From assembly GCF_000018105.1 (NCBI RefSeq), contig NC_009928.1, positions 90,001 to 122,000 on the forward strand: a stretch of 32,000 nt of DNA. Direction: 5' to 3'. This DNA is from Acaryochloris marina MBIC11017 (GTDB lineage: Bacteria > Cyanobacteriota > Cyanobacteriia > Thermosynechococcales > Thermosynechococcaceae). Positions within the stretch are counted from its first letter, which is position 1, and each line of letters starts with the position of its first letter. The notes under the pieces are model-generated. The model was not told the origin of the DNA. It saw only the letters and a program-made list of their open reading frames with translations, and ran no database searches. The position numbers and the translations under genes were made by a program. Of the stretch, positions 9,927 to 19,107 are shown piece after piece.

Positions 9927-10730
9927 GAAGCTAAGTCTCGCCATTCCCACGCATGCTCCGTCAGCCCAGCACGTTGTGCAGCCGTATTTTTGAATCGTGA
10001 GTGGCACCAGATCCAGTTGAAATAAGTCAGCACCAATCTTAACATCATCGCACTCTGTTGCCAGACTTTGCCAAATTTATTCTGTCGTCGATGCCAGCGC
10101 CCGATCTGTTGACGAAGTATGCCATTGGTCCGCTCTAACCGTTGGGTCAAGACTTTACTCACGTGATGAATCACCTCATCGGGGAATTGTCGTGATCTCA
10201 GCCATCGGTTTGCCAATGGTGATAGGCGGTTTTGCCTTCAGTATTCTCAATTAATTCTTGAGCAAGTTCATCGGTATGTTTGCCAATGCGACCGCTGAAC
10301 ACCAAACCACTGTCTTTGGCGAGACTCAACACTATCCAGCAATCGCCGACGCTCAACTCTTCTGGTTCACAGTGCTTTTGCTTTTTTTAACAAAAGACCA
10401 CAACTCATCCGCATTGATGACATCGGTCGAAACGGCTTGAATGTCTTGATTGTGAATCATTTGGGCTTTATGGCTCGCTGAACGAACCATGCTTACACAG
10501 GTGTTATAGGACACACCTGTGATGCGAGATAGGCCCCTCAGACTAATGCCTTCAGCATAAAATTGAAGGATGGCCTGGATGGTTTCAAAAGAGATCTGAC
10601 GGCGATAATACAGGGTATCAAAGGTCTCACTGAAGGTTTGGTTAAAGTGTGGGCAAAGGTAGCGTTGGCTACATTTACTGGTTTTACCCTGTTTGTGGGG
10701 CTTTGGATGACCACATAGAAGACATTACAT
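9908..10730 (-). mobile_element. Decayed IS1-family element (insA / insB' remnant)
   Basis: In the minus-strand InsA frame, ATG (10730-10728) is followed directly by TAA. The frame then reads CLLCGHPKPHKQGKTSKCSQRYLCPHF (a degenerate zinc finger) and LRGLSRITGVSYNTC (HTH). An A7 slippery run (T7 at 10382-10388) leads in the -1 frame to CWIVLSLAKDSG...YHHWQTDG. A further frameshift follows, then the supplied 102-aa ORF with RLERTNGILRQQIGRWHRRQNKF, an IS1 C-terminal pattern. Confidence 0.7.
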
Positions 10731-11251
10731 GAGGAAATAAAACAACTCATACCAATTTCGTGTAGGGATGAACTACTCAATATTTTGAAGTGAAGTATTG
10801 ACAGTGCTTTAGCAGCTTAATACAGGTCATCTTGAGAGGTAATTGGTATCAACTCCCTATCGGTTTAGCAAACCCACACTTTTTTGATGCACGACCAAAG
10901 ATTCCAAAGTGCATAGCCTAACCTGATTAGGTAGAAATAGACCTCAAGCCATCGAGAAATCATGGTTTATTTTGCTGTGGTAGTGTTACTCAAAATCCAC
11001 TGTTTTTAAACCATGCCATTTTTTATCAAATTTACCCTAACTTCGCTAAACCACTAGGCAAGCTTTTTGCAATGGCTGGATTACTACGAAGTTCTTTTTG
11101 ATAGATCTTGAATTAAATAATTTAAGAAACTTAAATGGATTGAGATTGAATAAAAATGAGGTCAATCTATTAAACATTTATTGCAATCAGTAAAAACTCG
11201 ATATTTATCTTTATGCTACCTTGAAATAATGTTAACTTAAAAGACAATTCG

Positions 11252-11812
11252 ATGATACTAGTTGATTGGCAAAAATTGGCAAAAATTAATGAACTTAAAG
11301 AGTATTTTGAGGCTGATTTTATTGGTTTTCAGGAGCGAATTGAGTATCATATTCTTGCCTTAGAAAATATTGATGCTAAAGAGCTTGATAAGCTGGCTTT
11401 GCTGAGAGTTCTTGAAGTTACTAATGGATGTACCCAGTGGGGATTTAGACGAAAAGATCAATATTGTTTATCGGTAGAGAAAACTCGTGAATGCATGAAT
11501 ACTGTCATGGGTTTTATTTTGTCAAAAAAAATAGATCTTCCTAGTGGGGAATCAATTTATTTTGCTAAGTCCACTGAACAGTTAATGGATGAAGTACGTG
11601 AACTATATCATAATGCTTTTAAGAAACATCATGCTAGATCTGAGAGAGAATTCTATGCTAGGTCTACAGCAATATTCTTGGTGTGTGGCTATAAGCGATT
11701 AGAAGTTGCAATGCAGGTAGTAAATAAAGAATTTGTATCTTTGTTTACAAAGCATTATCTGGACAAAGGTCAAAAATATATTACTCCCTATATTGAGGCT
11801 ATCGTTCCTTAA
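11252..11812 (+). CDS. Hypothetical protein (186 aa), AT-rich orphan between IS remnants
   Basis: This is a long ORF in an AT-rich context where stops are frequent. I recognise no motif in it. Confidence 0.45.
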   Translation: MILVDWQKLAKINELKEYFEADFIGFQERIEYHILALENIDAKELDKLALLRVLEVTNGCTQWGFRRKDQYCLSVEKTRECMNTVMGFILSKKIDLPSGESIYFAKSTEQLMDEVRELYHNAFKKHHARSEREFYARSTAIFLVCGYKRLEVAMQVVNKEFVSLFTKHYLDKGQKYITPYIEAIVP

Positions 11813-11980
11813 ATTAATAGCAGGTAGTATGCGTAAAGTCTTATAGTAATCACTTAGCTTTGCTGTTGCTGTATGGCTGAAATGAAAGAGAAATCGGTAA
11901 AGAGGCTACTCTAAACTAGAACGAATCCTTTCTTCTATTAGACCTCTTGCAATATTCATTTCACGACGTGTAACGGATAG

Positions 11981-12996
11981 CTTCGGCCAGTGAAAGTCTA
12001 TGACGGAACGACCGTGCTGATGGCCGATAGCGCTGATAATCAAGCGGAGTATCCTCAACATGGCAATCAGGCCGCTGGATGTGGATTCCCGATTGCCCGG
12101 TTAGTGGTGTTTTTTTTGCTTAATCACAGGCACGGTAGTTTCGGCCTGTATTGCTCCGTGGAACATGAGTGAAATCGTCATCAGTCGGCTGCTTTATGAG
12201 GATCTTGAGGTTGATGATGTGGCAATAGCAGATCAAGCCTATGGCAGCTATGTTGATCTAGCCCTGATTCAACAACAAGGGGCGGATGGGGTTTTGCGTA
12301 AACATCATGCCCGCCACACAGACTTCCGCAAAGGACATAAAAATGGGATAGGAGACCACCAAGTCACATGGCGAAAACCAACCCGGTGTCCAGCCCACAT
12401 GAGTAAGGAGGAGTTTGCGACGATTTCCAAAACGTTGACGGTCAGGGAGGTATCGCTTCGCCTATCGCGTCGAGGCTTTCGAGACCAGTTCATCATCGTC
12501 GTCACGACTTTACTGGATGCTCAGCGCTATAGTGCTAAACAATTGACTCGTTTGTACAGATGGAGATGGCAGGCGGTTGAGGTCAATTTGAGACACCTCA
12601 AAACCACCTTAAAAATGGAGATGCTCACAGCAAAGACACCTGAAATGGTGCGCAAGGACATTTGGTCCCATTTGCTAGGTTACAACTTACTCAGAAGCCT
12701 CATGGAACATGCTGCCCCTTTGGCAAAATATGACCGCTCTCGACTCTCTCTACAAGGGGCTCGACAACACTTGAATCAGATGCTGGGATTATTAGCAACG
12801 GCCACACAAAATACCTGTCAACGGTTGTATGCTCATCTGCTTGAGAATATTGCGACTGACCTTCTGCCTGTTCGACCCCATCGGCTCGAACCCAGGGTTG
12901 TTAAACGAAGGCCTAAGCCTTTCCCCAGAATGAGACAACCGCGCTCTGTACTCAAAGCCAAGCTGGCTACTTGATTAAGGTTAAGTCAGTGACATT
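11981..12996 (+). mobile_element. IS4-family transposase remnant, 5'-truncated and frameshifted
   Basis: The product shows VYDGTTVLMADSADNQAEYPQHGNQAAGCGFPIARLVVFF followed by LITGTVVSACIAPW...DDVAIADQAYGSY (DDE region). The reading frame opens only at 11981, so roughly the first third of the transposase is missing. The frames switch at a T8 run (12110-12117). The element abuts the cpcA fragment at 12997. Confidence 0.75.
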
Positions 12997-13188
12997 GGTC
13001 CCATGAATGACTATTTAGTGAGCGGACTGGCAGAGATCAACCGCACCTTTGACTTGTCACCCAGTTGGTATGTTGAAGCGCTGAAATATATCAAAGCAAA
13101 CCATGGCTTAAGTGGTGATGGGGCTGTTGAAGCCAACTCGTATATTGACTATGCCATCAATGCACTTAGCTGGCCCATCGTGGTCTAA
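12997..13188 (+). pseudogene. cpcA: 3' fragment of a second cpcA copy
   Basis: The fragment encodes (M)[55 protein letters not shown]. This is identical to the last 55 residues of the intact CpcA except for D to N. The TAG stop is changed to TGG. Homology begins abruptly at the IS4 remnant. Confidence 0.9.
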
Positions 13189-13227
13189 CGATTAAAATTG
13201 CTGCCATCCTCCTCTAGCAATTGAAAA

Positions 13228-13283
13228 CCCAGAAGGGGAATAGGCACCTCATCGGTGGTAAATATTAACTCTTCTGGGTTTTT
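13228..13283 (+). terminator. Duplicate of the cpcA terminator
   Basis: The stem cccagaag (13228-13235) pairs with cttctggg (13271-13278), followed by T5 (13279-13283). This is the reverse complement of 206-261 with 2 substitutions. Confidence 0.5.
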
Positions 13284-13434
13284 GTAGATTTCATCCATAA
13301 TAAAAAAATTGTTGTGAAATTTATTCGTCAAGATGAATTATATTAACCTGCAAAAGTACTAGCAGCATGTCACATAAATGAATCTATAAGTTCCTATAGA
13401 CGCAAGATTGATCTTTTTTAAATTCAGGTAACCA

Positions 13435-14259
13435 ATGACAAATCGCGAAAATCAACCAGAAGGACAACTTACACCAACCCAGATGATAAAAAATCTTAAA
13501 GGGAGCGACTTGGGATTAAGAGTTTATGCGGCTTGGTGGTTAGGACGATTCCGAGTTAAAACTTCTGATAGTATCAATGCTTTGATAGGTGCCTTAGAAG
13601 ATGAAGATGATAGAACAGATGCAGGTGGATATCCACTTCGACGTAATGCAGCTCGAGCTTTAGGGAAATTGGGTGACAAAAAAGCTGTTGTACCTCTTAT
13701 GGAAGCACTAACCTGTACAGATTTTCATGTTCGTGAGGCTGCAGTTCAATCATTGGGTATGCTGGGAGATCAATCGTGTATCACAAGCCTTGTACAGCTG
13801 CTTCAGGACAAAATATCAGGCACAAACCCAGCCCCAGAACTACCTAATCTTAATCAACCTTACGATTCAATTCTTGAGACGCTAGGTGAGCTTGGAGCAT
13901 CATCAGAATTACCATTAATCAGTTCTTTCTTAAATCATGAGTTGTTACGCATCCAATTCTCTGCAGCTCGTGCAATGTATCAATTGACATCCTCTGAAAT
14001 AGATGCAAAGCAGTATGCTGACAGACTAATTGAAGGTTTATCTCATCAAGATTTACAACTTCGAAGATCAGTACTACTAGATTTAGGCGCAATAGGATAT
14101 TTTCCAGCTGCAAAGGCAATCTTTAATACCTATGCGGAAAATAGTCTTAAGTTAATTTCTATGAAAGGGTTATTAAAACATGAAATCCAGAATGAAAATA
14201 ATCCTACTTTGTCTGAAAAATCCGTTATTTTAATGGAGTTAATTGACAATCTAATGTAA
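13435..14259 (+). CDS. cpcE: Phycocyanobilin lyase subunit CpcE (HEAT repeats)
   Basis: The product shows LRVYAAWWLGRFRV, ALEDEDDRTDAGGYPLRRNAARALGKLGD, FHVREAAVQSLGMLGD, LNQPYDSILETLG, DLQLRRSVLLDLGAIGY and ENSLKLISMKGLL. These match CpcE along its whole length as I recall it. It lies 245 nt downstream of the cpcA fragment, consistent with an ancestral cpcBA-E arrangement. Confidence 0.85.
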   Translation: MTNRENQPEGQLTPTQMIKNLKGSDLGLRVYAAWWLGRFRVKTSDSINALIGALEDEDDRTDAGGYPLRRNAARALGKLGDKKAVVPLMEALTCTDFHVREAAVQSLGMLGDQSCITSLVQLLQDKISGTNPAPELPNLNQPYDSILETLGELGASSELPLISSFLNHELLRIQFSAARAMYQLTSSEIDAKQYADRLIEGLSHQDLQLRRSVLLDLGAIGYFPAAKAIFNTYAENSLKLISMKGLLKHEIQNENNPTLSEKSVILMELIDNLM

Positions 14260-14759
14260 TAGAGAATACTCTATCTTGGTTATATTGATTGAGAGCACAA
14301 TTCAAAGATAATATTTATTCTGCTGGTGATACCAATTTCATTAAAAGGATGAATACTCAATATTCTGTAGGGATTATTGCTGGATTCTAGCAGCTAAATC
14401 CAGCTCATACATATAGAAAATTAGTATTAAGAATATGTTTTCAATATGATCATGAAAATAAGTGACTACATCCAACTATGGTTTTTCTATAAATATAATT
14501 TAAAGTAAAGTCCAGAAATATATAAAGTTAAGTCTATAGTTTTTGACACGTGTACTTAGTATAAATAATCATCAAGAATTAATATATTTCATAAGAGATA
14601 TGCAACAATAGGATTTATTATTGAATAAGTGTAATGTAAATTCGGCTTAGGATATATTTGGTTTTTTGAACTTAAATTGAATCACCATAAAATAATTAAT
14701 CAAGATTTGCATTGATCTATATAATCAATTTTTAATCACATACAAAATAAACTTTGAAA

Positions 14760-15353
14760 ATGACCCACTCTACTGATTCATATACATTAGCAAAATGGCT
14801 CGCTGCAGAATTCAGTAATCAAGCTCAAGCCATAGAAAATCCACCACTGTATGCTCATATACAAGTTAGTATAAGACCTTTGCCCAGAAAGCTATTGACT
14901 GGGTATTGTTTATATCTTGAACAAGCATATGCCTTTATGTTAAAAAAACCTTATCGTACGAGGGTAATACATATACTTGAACATAAGGATTCTATCTTAA
15001 TTGAAAATTATGAACTTCATAAAAAAGAGCTTTTTCTTGGTGGAACTAGAGACCCTTTGATATTGAATAAAATCTCTACTGAGCATTTAATTAAGAAAGA
15101 AGGTTGTGACATGAACGTAGAGTGGACTGGTCATAGCTTTGTTGGAACAGTAGTCCCAGGGAAATCCTGTAAAGTTGTACGGAATGGGAAAACAACTTAT
15201 TTAGATAATTCCTTTGAAGTTGATCAAAATAAATTTATTAGTATTGATCGGGGGAGAGATCCGGAAACCGATGAGCTTATTTGGGGATCAATTGCAGGCC
15301 CTTTTCATTTTTCTCGCATCAAGAGTTTTGAAAATGAATTGATCGCTACTTGA
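14760..15353 (+). CDS. cpcT: CpcT/CpeT-family bilin lyase
   Basis: The product shows LAKWLAAEFSNQAQAIENPPLYAHIQVSIRPLP, LYLEQAYAFMLKKPYRTRV, GCDMNVEW, PGKSCKVVRNGKTTYLDNSFE and DRGRDPETDELIWGSIAGPFHF. The start is taken as the ATG at 14760, because the track start at 14754 is a TTG. Confidence 0.85.
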   Translation: MTHSTDSYTLAKWLAAEFSNQAQAIENPPLYAHIQVSIRPLPRKLLTGYCLYLEQAYAFMLKKPYRTRVIHILEHKDSILIENYELHKKELFLGGTRDPLILNKISTEHLIKKEGCDMNVEWTGHSFVGTVVPGKSCKVVRNGKTTYLDNSFEVDQNKFISIDRGRDPETDELIWGSIAGPFHFSRIKSFENELIAT

Positions 15354-15762
15354 ACTATTTTTAACTTAAAGTGAGTTTTTTTTGGAATTTAAGTACTCAT
15401 TAGTAAATACTTATGTATATAAAAAAATTTGAAAAATGGTTTATCTAGAGTTTTCCTTCTATTGGATATTTGTGATTTTTAATGCTTCAAAAAAGCATCG
15501 ATATTATTCAATACAATAATATTTTGAATTCAAGTTTAGCTATATTATTCAATCTGGAAATCCGAAATTTTAAGTAATAGTTAAACTCTTGCCACAATCT
15601 AATGGCACCAGTTATATTACTTGGAGATTCTGATAAGTATATGTGGAGCTTTTTTTTCAGCTACTACCAAGATATTTTATATCAATTTAACCTTTTTAGA
15701 ATTTTAAATATTTACTATAATCTTACCGGAAGTTAAAAACGATATATAAATATATAAAAATT

Positions 15763-16686
15763 ATGAGTCAAGAAAGGTTTAAAGCTCTTATATATAAGAA
15801 AGATTTAGATCGAATTTCTGGATGGGTCATGGCACATCCTAATTTAGAAACAGGAGGTGACTTATTTGGTTTCTGGACTCATACTGGTTCTCCGATAATA
15901 CAATTTGTTTTAGGTCCGGGAGTAAATAGTAAACATAATGAATTTAGCTTTTATCAAGACAAAGAATTTTTAGTTCAATCAGCTGAAATTCTTATTAACG
16001 AATATGGATTGCAACATATTGGAGAATGGCATTCCCATCATCAAATAGATCTTGCAAAGCCAAGTAATGGCGATATAAATACAGTAAATAGTGCTCTTCA
16101 TAAGCACAATTTTGATAAATTTTTACTATGTATAGCTAATTTAGAGCCAGTTGAGGATATTGATAGTTTTAACACCAGTCTAGGAGCCTTTTTATTTGAA
16201 AAATCTAATTCTTATTATAAAACTGGAGCATGGGTAGTTCTTCCAGAAGATAGTCCTATTCGAATGAATTTAATCCAAAAATATAAATGGAAGAAGAGTT
16301 TCCTCCATGATCCATTTCATTCAGAGAGTTGGAGAGGCAATATCTTAGAAACTAAGCTAAGTGATCCTACGATGATATCAACAAAACCAATCGAAATCTC
16401 CAATCATGTATGGTACAGATCTTTCGAGGGTCAAGCCTTACTTAGGGCCGTACACAATGATTTAGATGAATCATTTCAGAATTTAAAAATGCTTATAAAA
16501 CCTTCTGAAGATATTTATTTTGTGTTTTATGACCAACAGAGTAAATGGCGTGTTGATTTGCCAGTAGACTATCCTCTATCATGTCCAGAAATATTTTTAA
16601 ACGATGAAAAAATTGAGTTTATTAATTGGGATAGAAGATTATCGCGAGAACTATCTAGACTAATATTTAATTTGAATGGCATATAG
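15763..16686 (+). CDS. JAB/MPN (JAMM) metalloprotease fused to a C-terminal Cys-less E2/UEV(RWD)-like domain
   Basis: The N-terminal roughly 170 aa carry E29 in NLETGGDLFG and then H90-S-H92-x8-S101-N-G-D104 (EWHSHHQIDLAKPSNGD), which is a complete JAMM zinc and catalytic signature. C-terminal residues of about 218-307 read ALLRAVHNDLDESF..IYFVFYDQQSKWRVDLPVDYPLSCPEIFLND. This is the helix, beta-meander and YP..P flap pattern of the UBC fold, but with no Cys-containing active-site segment. Confidence 0.75.
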   Translation: MSQERFKALIYKKDLDRISGWVMAHPNLETGGDLFGFWTHTGSPIIQFVLGPGVNSKHNEFSFYQDKEFLVQSAEILINEYGLQHIGEWHSHHQIDLAKPSNGDINTVNSALHKHNFDKFLLCIANLEPVEDIDSFNTSLGAFLFEKSNSYYKTGAWVVLPEDSPIRMNLIQKYKWKKSFLHDPFHSESWRGNILETKLSDPTMISTKPIEISNHVWYRSFEGQALLRAVHNDLDESFQNLKMLIKPSEDIYFVFYDQQSKWRVDLPVDYPLSCPEIFLNDEKIEFINWDRRLSRELSRLIFNLNGI

Positions 16687-16700
16687 TTAGGGTAACTAAC

Positions 16701-17144
16701 ATGAGTTGGAGTCTAGTACAACAAAAACGCTTGCTAAAAGAAAGAGAGATATTATCACAGTACTTTAAAGCATTTGAATGGGTTAACCCAACAGATAGTT
16801 GTAATACATGTATCGAAGGAGATTTATTAACTAATTCAAAAAATAAGTATCAGATCAGAGTTTACGTTCCAAGTGATTATCCAAATTCAAGGCCTGATAT
16901 GGTTGTGGTCTCTCCTGACCCATTGATAGGTTTCAATGGTAAAAATTTGCTTGATTTTGGAGCAGATATGAAGATGCACACATTGTCACCAAGGAATGGA
17001 CATGTAAATATATGCCATTATCGAGATTGGTTACCTAACCTGACTCTTTATCTTGTAGTTCTAAAAGGTAGGATATGGCTAGAGGCATTAGATGCTTATA
17101 GGAATTCTGGTTTAGAAATAAGTGAGTATTTACCACACATGTAA
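16701..17144 (+). CDS. E2 (UBC)-like protein with a candidate catalytic cysteine
   Basis: The product has an N-terminal helix QKRLLKEREIL. It then reads YQIRVYVPSDYPNSRPDMVVV (UBC flap) and MHTLSPRNGHVNIC105HYRDWLPNLTL. The latter corresponds to the HPN..G.IC...W.P..T active-site segment. The gene starts 14 nt after the JAB gene stop, so the two are probably co-transcribed. Confidence 0.65.
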   Translation: MSWSLVQQKRLLKEREILSQYFKAFEWVNPTDSCNTCIEGDLLTNSKNKYQIRVYVPSDYPNSRPDMVVVSPDPLIGFNGKNLLDFGADMKMHTLSPRNGHVNICHYRDWLPNLTLYLVVLKGRIWLEALDAYRNSGLEISEYLPHM

Positions 17145-17166
17145 TTACTCCCTTCCCGCCATAAGA

Positions 17167-17724
17167 TTATGGAACAAGTGAAAATATAAAATTCAGGCTG
17201 TTTTGAACTTGTTCAGCCGATAGAAACTGGTTAGCAGCAAAGAACTCATGGAGCTGTTGTTTGATCTGTGTCAGGGTCGTTCCAAGAGGGAGATGGTGCA
17301 GACATCGTAAGCGTAGTAAGTGAATCACATATTCAACCAAGTTCAACTTGGGAGAGTAGGACGGCAAATATAAAAACTCAACTTGAATCGATTGGGTGAG
17401 CCCCATCTGCTCTAGATGGATAGCGAGTTGGGAGCGCATCTTGCCCTTATGGGTCGGATTGTTATCGAGAATAAGGCACAGTTGAGTGTAGCCCAGCTCA
17501 ACGCTATCCAGACATAGGCCTGCAAAGTACTCAGAGATATCTTCCGTTTTAGCCTGTGGGCTCAGAGCGAAATACTCTTCGCCACTGTGGGCATCGACGC
17601 ACAGTAACCCATTGAGCTTGTTGCGAGCCCGCTCATTACTCTTGACCTGTGGACGAGTGTTGCGTTCTGCCCAGCCATAGAACAAACTAGGACGCTCAGA
17701 CACCGCAAATTCGTCAAAGAACAA
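17167..17724 (-). CDS. IS630 transposase, DDE catalytic part (orfB)
   Basis: The product shows ILFFDEF, YGWAERNTRP, LILDNNPTHK and YLPSYSPKLNLVEY. It is in the +1 frame relative to orfA, and removing one A from the A7 run would fuse the two ORFs. Confidence 0.8.
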   Translation of the reverse strand: MFFDEFAVSERPSLFYGWAERNTRPQVKSNERARNKLNGLLCVDAHSGEEYFALSPQAKTEDISEYFAGLCLDSVELGYTQLCLILDNNPTHKGKMRSQLAIHLEQMGLTQSIQVEFLYLPSYSPKLNLVEYVIHLLRLRCLHHLPLGTTLTQIKQQLHEFFAANQFLSAEQVQNSLNFIFSLVP

Positions 17725-17731
17725 GATGCGC

Positions 17732-18265
17732 TCATCCGATTGTCGTGATTGCAGTTTTTTTAACAGCCGCCACCCACTCTTTCTGGGCGTTCAGGTCAGC
17801 ATTCGCATAGTCACGATGGGCGCGTTGGTAAGATAACCTCAACTCTGATAGCAATTCGTAGATACGCGAATCTTTCAGCTGCACCTCGAATCGCTGCTCA
17901 ATCACAACGGCTAAAATTGCACCTGTCCACATATTGCGGTCAATACCATAGTCTGTCGGACGTTGCGTCAGAACCATCTCTTTGAGTTGTTGTTGTTCCT
18001 CTGGGCTCAACCGACTAGGTTTTTGATGTCGAATGGATTGGACCAAGCCCTGGAGTCCACCATCGAGATATTTGTCCATCCAACGCGTTAACGTATCATA
18101 GCTACACCCCACTTGTTCGCTCACTTGGGTACGACTGTGTCCTTCATTCAGCAATTTGATCGCGGTCAAGCGCTGTCGAATGTAGTGTTGTTGATTGCGG
18201 TAGTAGAATTTCTGCCACTCATCCGCATCAAAAGGCTTGTCCAGAAAGGCTTGTGTTCGATTCAA
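17732..18265 (-). CDS. IS630 transposase, N-terminal HTH part (orfA)
   Basis: The product shows LLNEGHSRTQVSEQVGCSYDTLTRWMDKYLDGGLQGL. The start is uncertain: the track ORF runs beyond the IS end, and the first in-element candidate is the TTG at 18265. The ORF ends just after an A7 run (T7 at 17755-17761). Confidence 0.65.
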   Translation of the reverse strand: MNRTQAFLDKPFDADEWQKFYYRNQQHYIRQRLTAIKLLNEGHSRTQVSEQVGCSYDTLTRWMDKYLDGGLQGLVQSIRHQKPSRLSPEEQQQLKEMVLTQRPTDYGIDRNMWTGAILAVVIEQRFEVQLKDSRIYELLSELRLSYQRAHRDYANADLNAQKEWVAAVKKTAITTIG

Positions 18266-18429
18266 TGTGACTATTTGCTCTTTTCCCCATTTTACAGCGG
18301 GAAGGGAGTAATCAGAGCTGATTGCTGAATAATGGATAAAGCTAACTAATTGGCAGAAGTGTGCAATGCGTCTGAACATTCAGTCCTCACTACAGTCTTG
18401 AATATATGAGCTGTCTTCCTTTGATTGCC

Positions 18430-19095
18430 CACCGTGAGCGTAGAACCTACCCCAGTGATATGAGTTATGCGGAGTGGGATGTACTTCGTCATCTACTGCT
18501 TCCTACTTAAGGATTCGGAAGACCTCAAATCGTCAGTCTCAGAGAAACCCTCGGTGCCATATTCCATGTCCAGCGCAGCGGTTGACAGTGTGAAATGCTT
18601 CCCCATGACTTCCTCTCTTACGAGACAGTCTATAAGTATTTTAAAAATTGGCATCGTAAAGGTATCAGGTAGACCATTCTCACTGCCCTACGGCATCAGC
18701 TCTGAGAAGGCGTGGGTCAAGCAGCGGACTTCAGTGTGGTGATTGCAGACTCTCAATCGGTGAAAACAGCAGAAAAAAGGGTTCGGTCTATTGACAAAAG
18801 CGAATATCTCAAAATGATTAGGAGCTGTGGTGGTTTTAGATGAGCATCGGGAACGTTTGTCTCGTCTAGAGGTTGTTTGAGTGGACCAAGGGTACTCTGG
18901 AGAAAACTTTGAGTGAGCGGTATGGAAGGTATGTGGTGAGCAAGTGCGCAAAGAGATGATCAAGCGAGAGACTCAGGGCTTTCAGATATATCCTAAGCAC
19001 TGGGTTGTTGAACGATGTTTTGGTTAGCTGAATCGCTATTGTCATTTGGGGAAAGACTACGAGCTCTATCCAGAAACGAGTGAAGACATGATATA
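18430..19095 (+). pseudogene. Heavily decayed IS5-family transposase with an internal deletion
   Basis: A single frame reads YPSDMSYAEWDVLRHLLLPT*GFGRPQIVSLRETLGAIFHVQRSG*QCEMLPHDFLSYETVYKYFKNWHRKGIR*..IADSQSVKTAEK. The text then jumps, in another frame, to VDQGYSGENF..GFQIYPKHWVVERCFG*LNRY..GKDYELYPETSEDMIY. There are at least 4 in-frame stops and the central catalytic part is missing. Confidence 0.7.
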
Positions 19096-19107
19096 TGGGT
19101 ATTTTTT

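Larger units (their letters stand above)
17144..18312 (-). mobile_element. IS630-family insertion sequence
   Basis: A 16-nt terminal inverted repeat is present: attactcccttcccgc (17144-17159) and gcgggaagggagtaat (18297-18312). It includes a TA at each end, consistent with the TA target duplication of IS630/Tc1. Two transposase ORFs lie inside. Confidence 0.85.

Noticed and set aside
15602-15736. 44-aa ORF (MAPVILLGDSDKYMWSFFF...NLTGS) just upstream of the JAB gene, examined as a possible ubiquitin-like partner
   Set aside because: It has no C-terminal GG and an aromatic, hydrophobic low-complexity composition. It lies in about 70 percent AT DNA and is too short for a beta-grasp fold.
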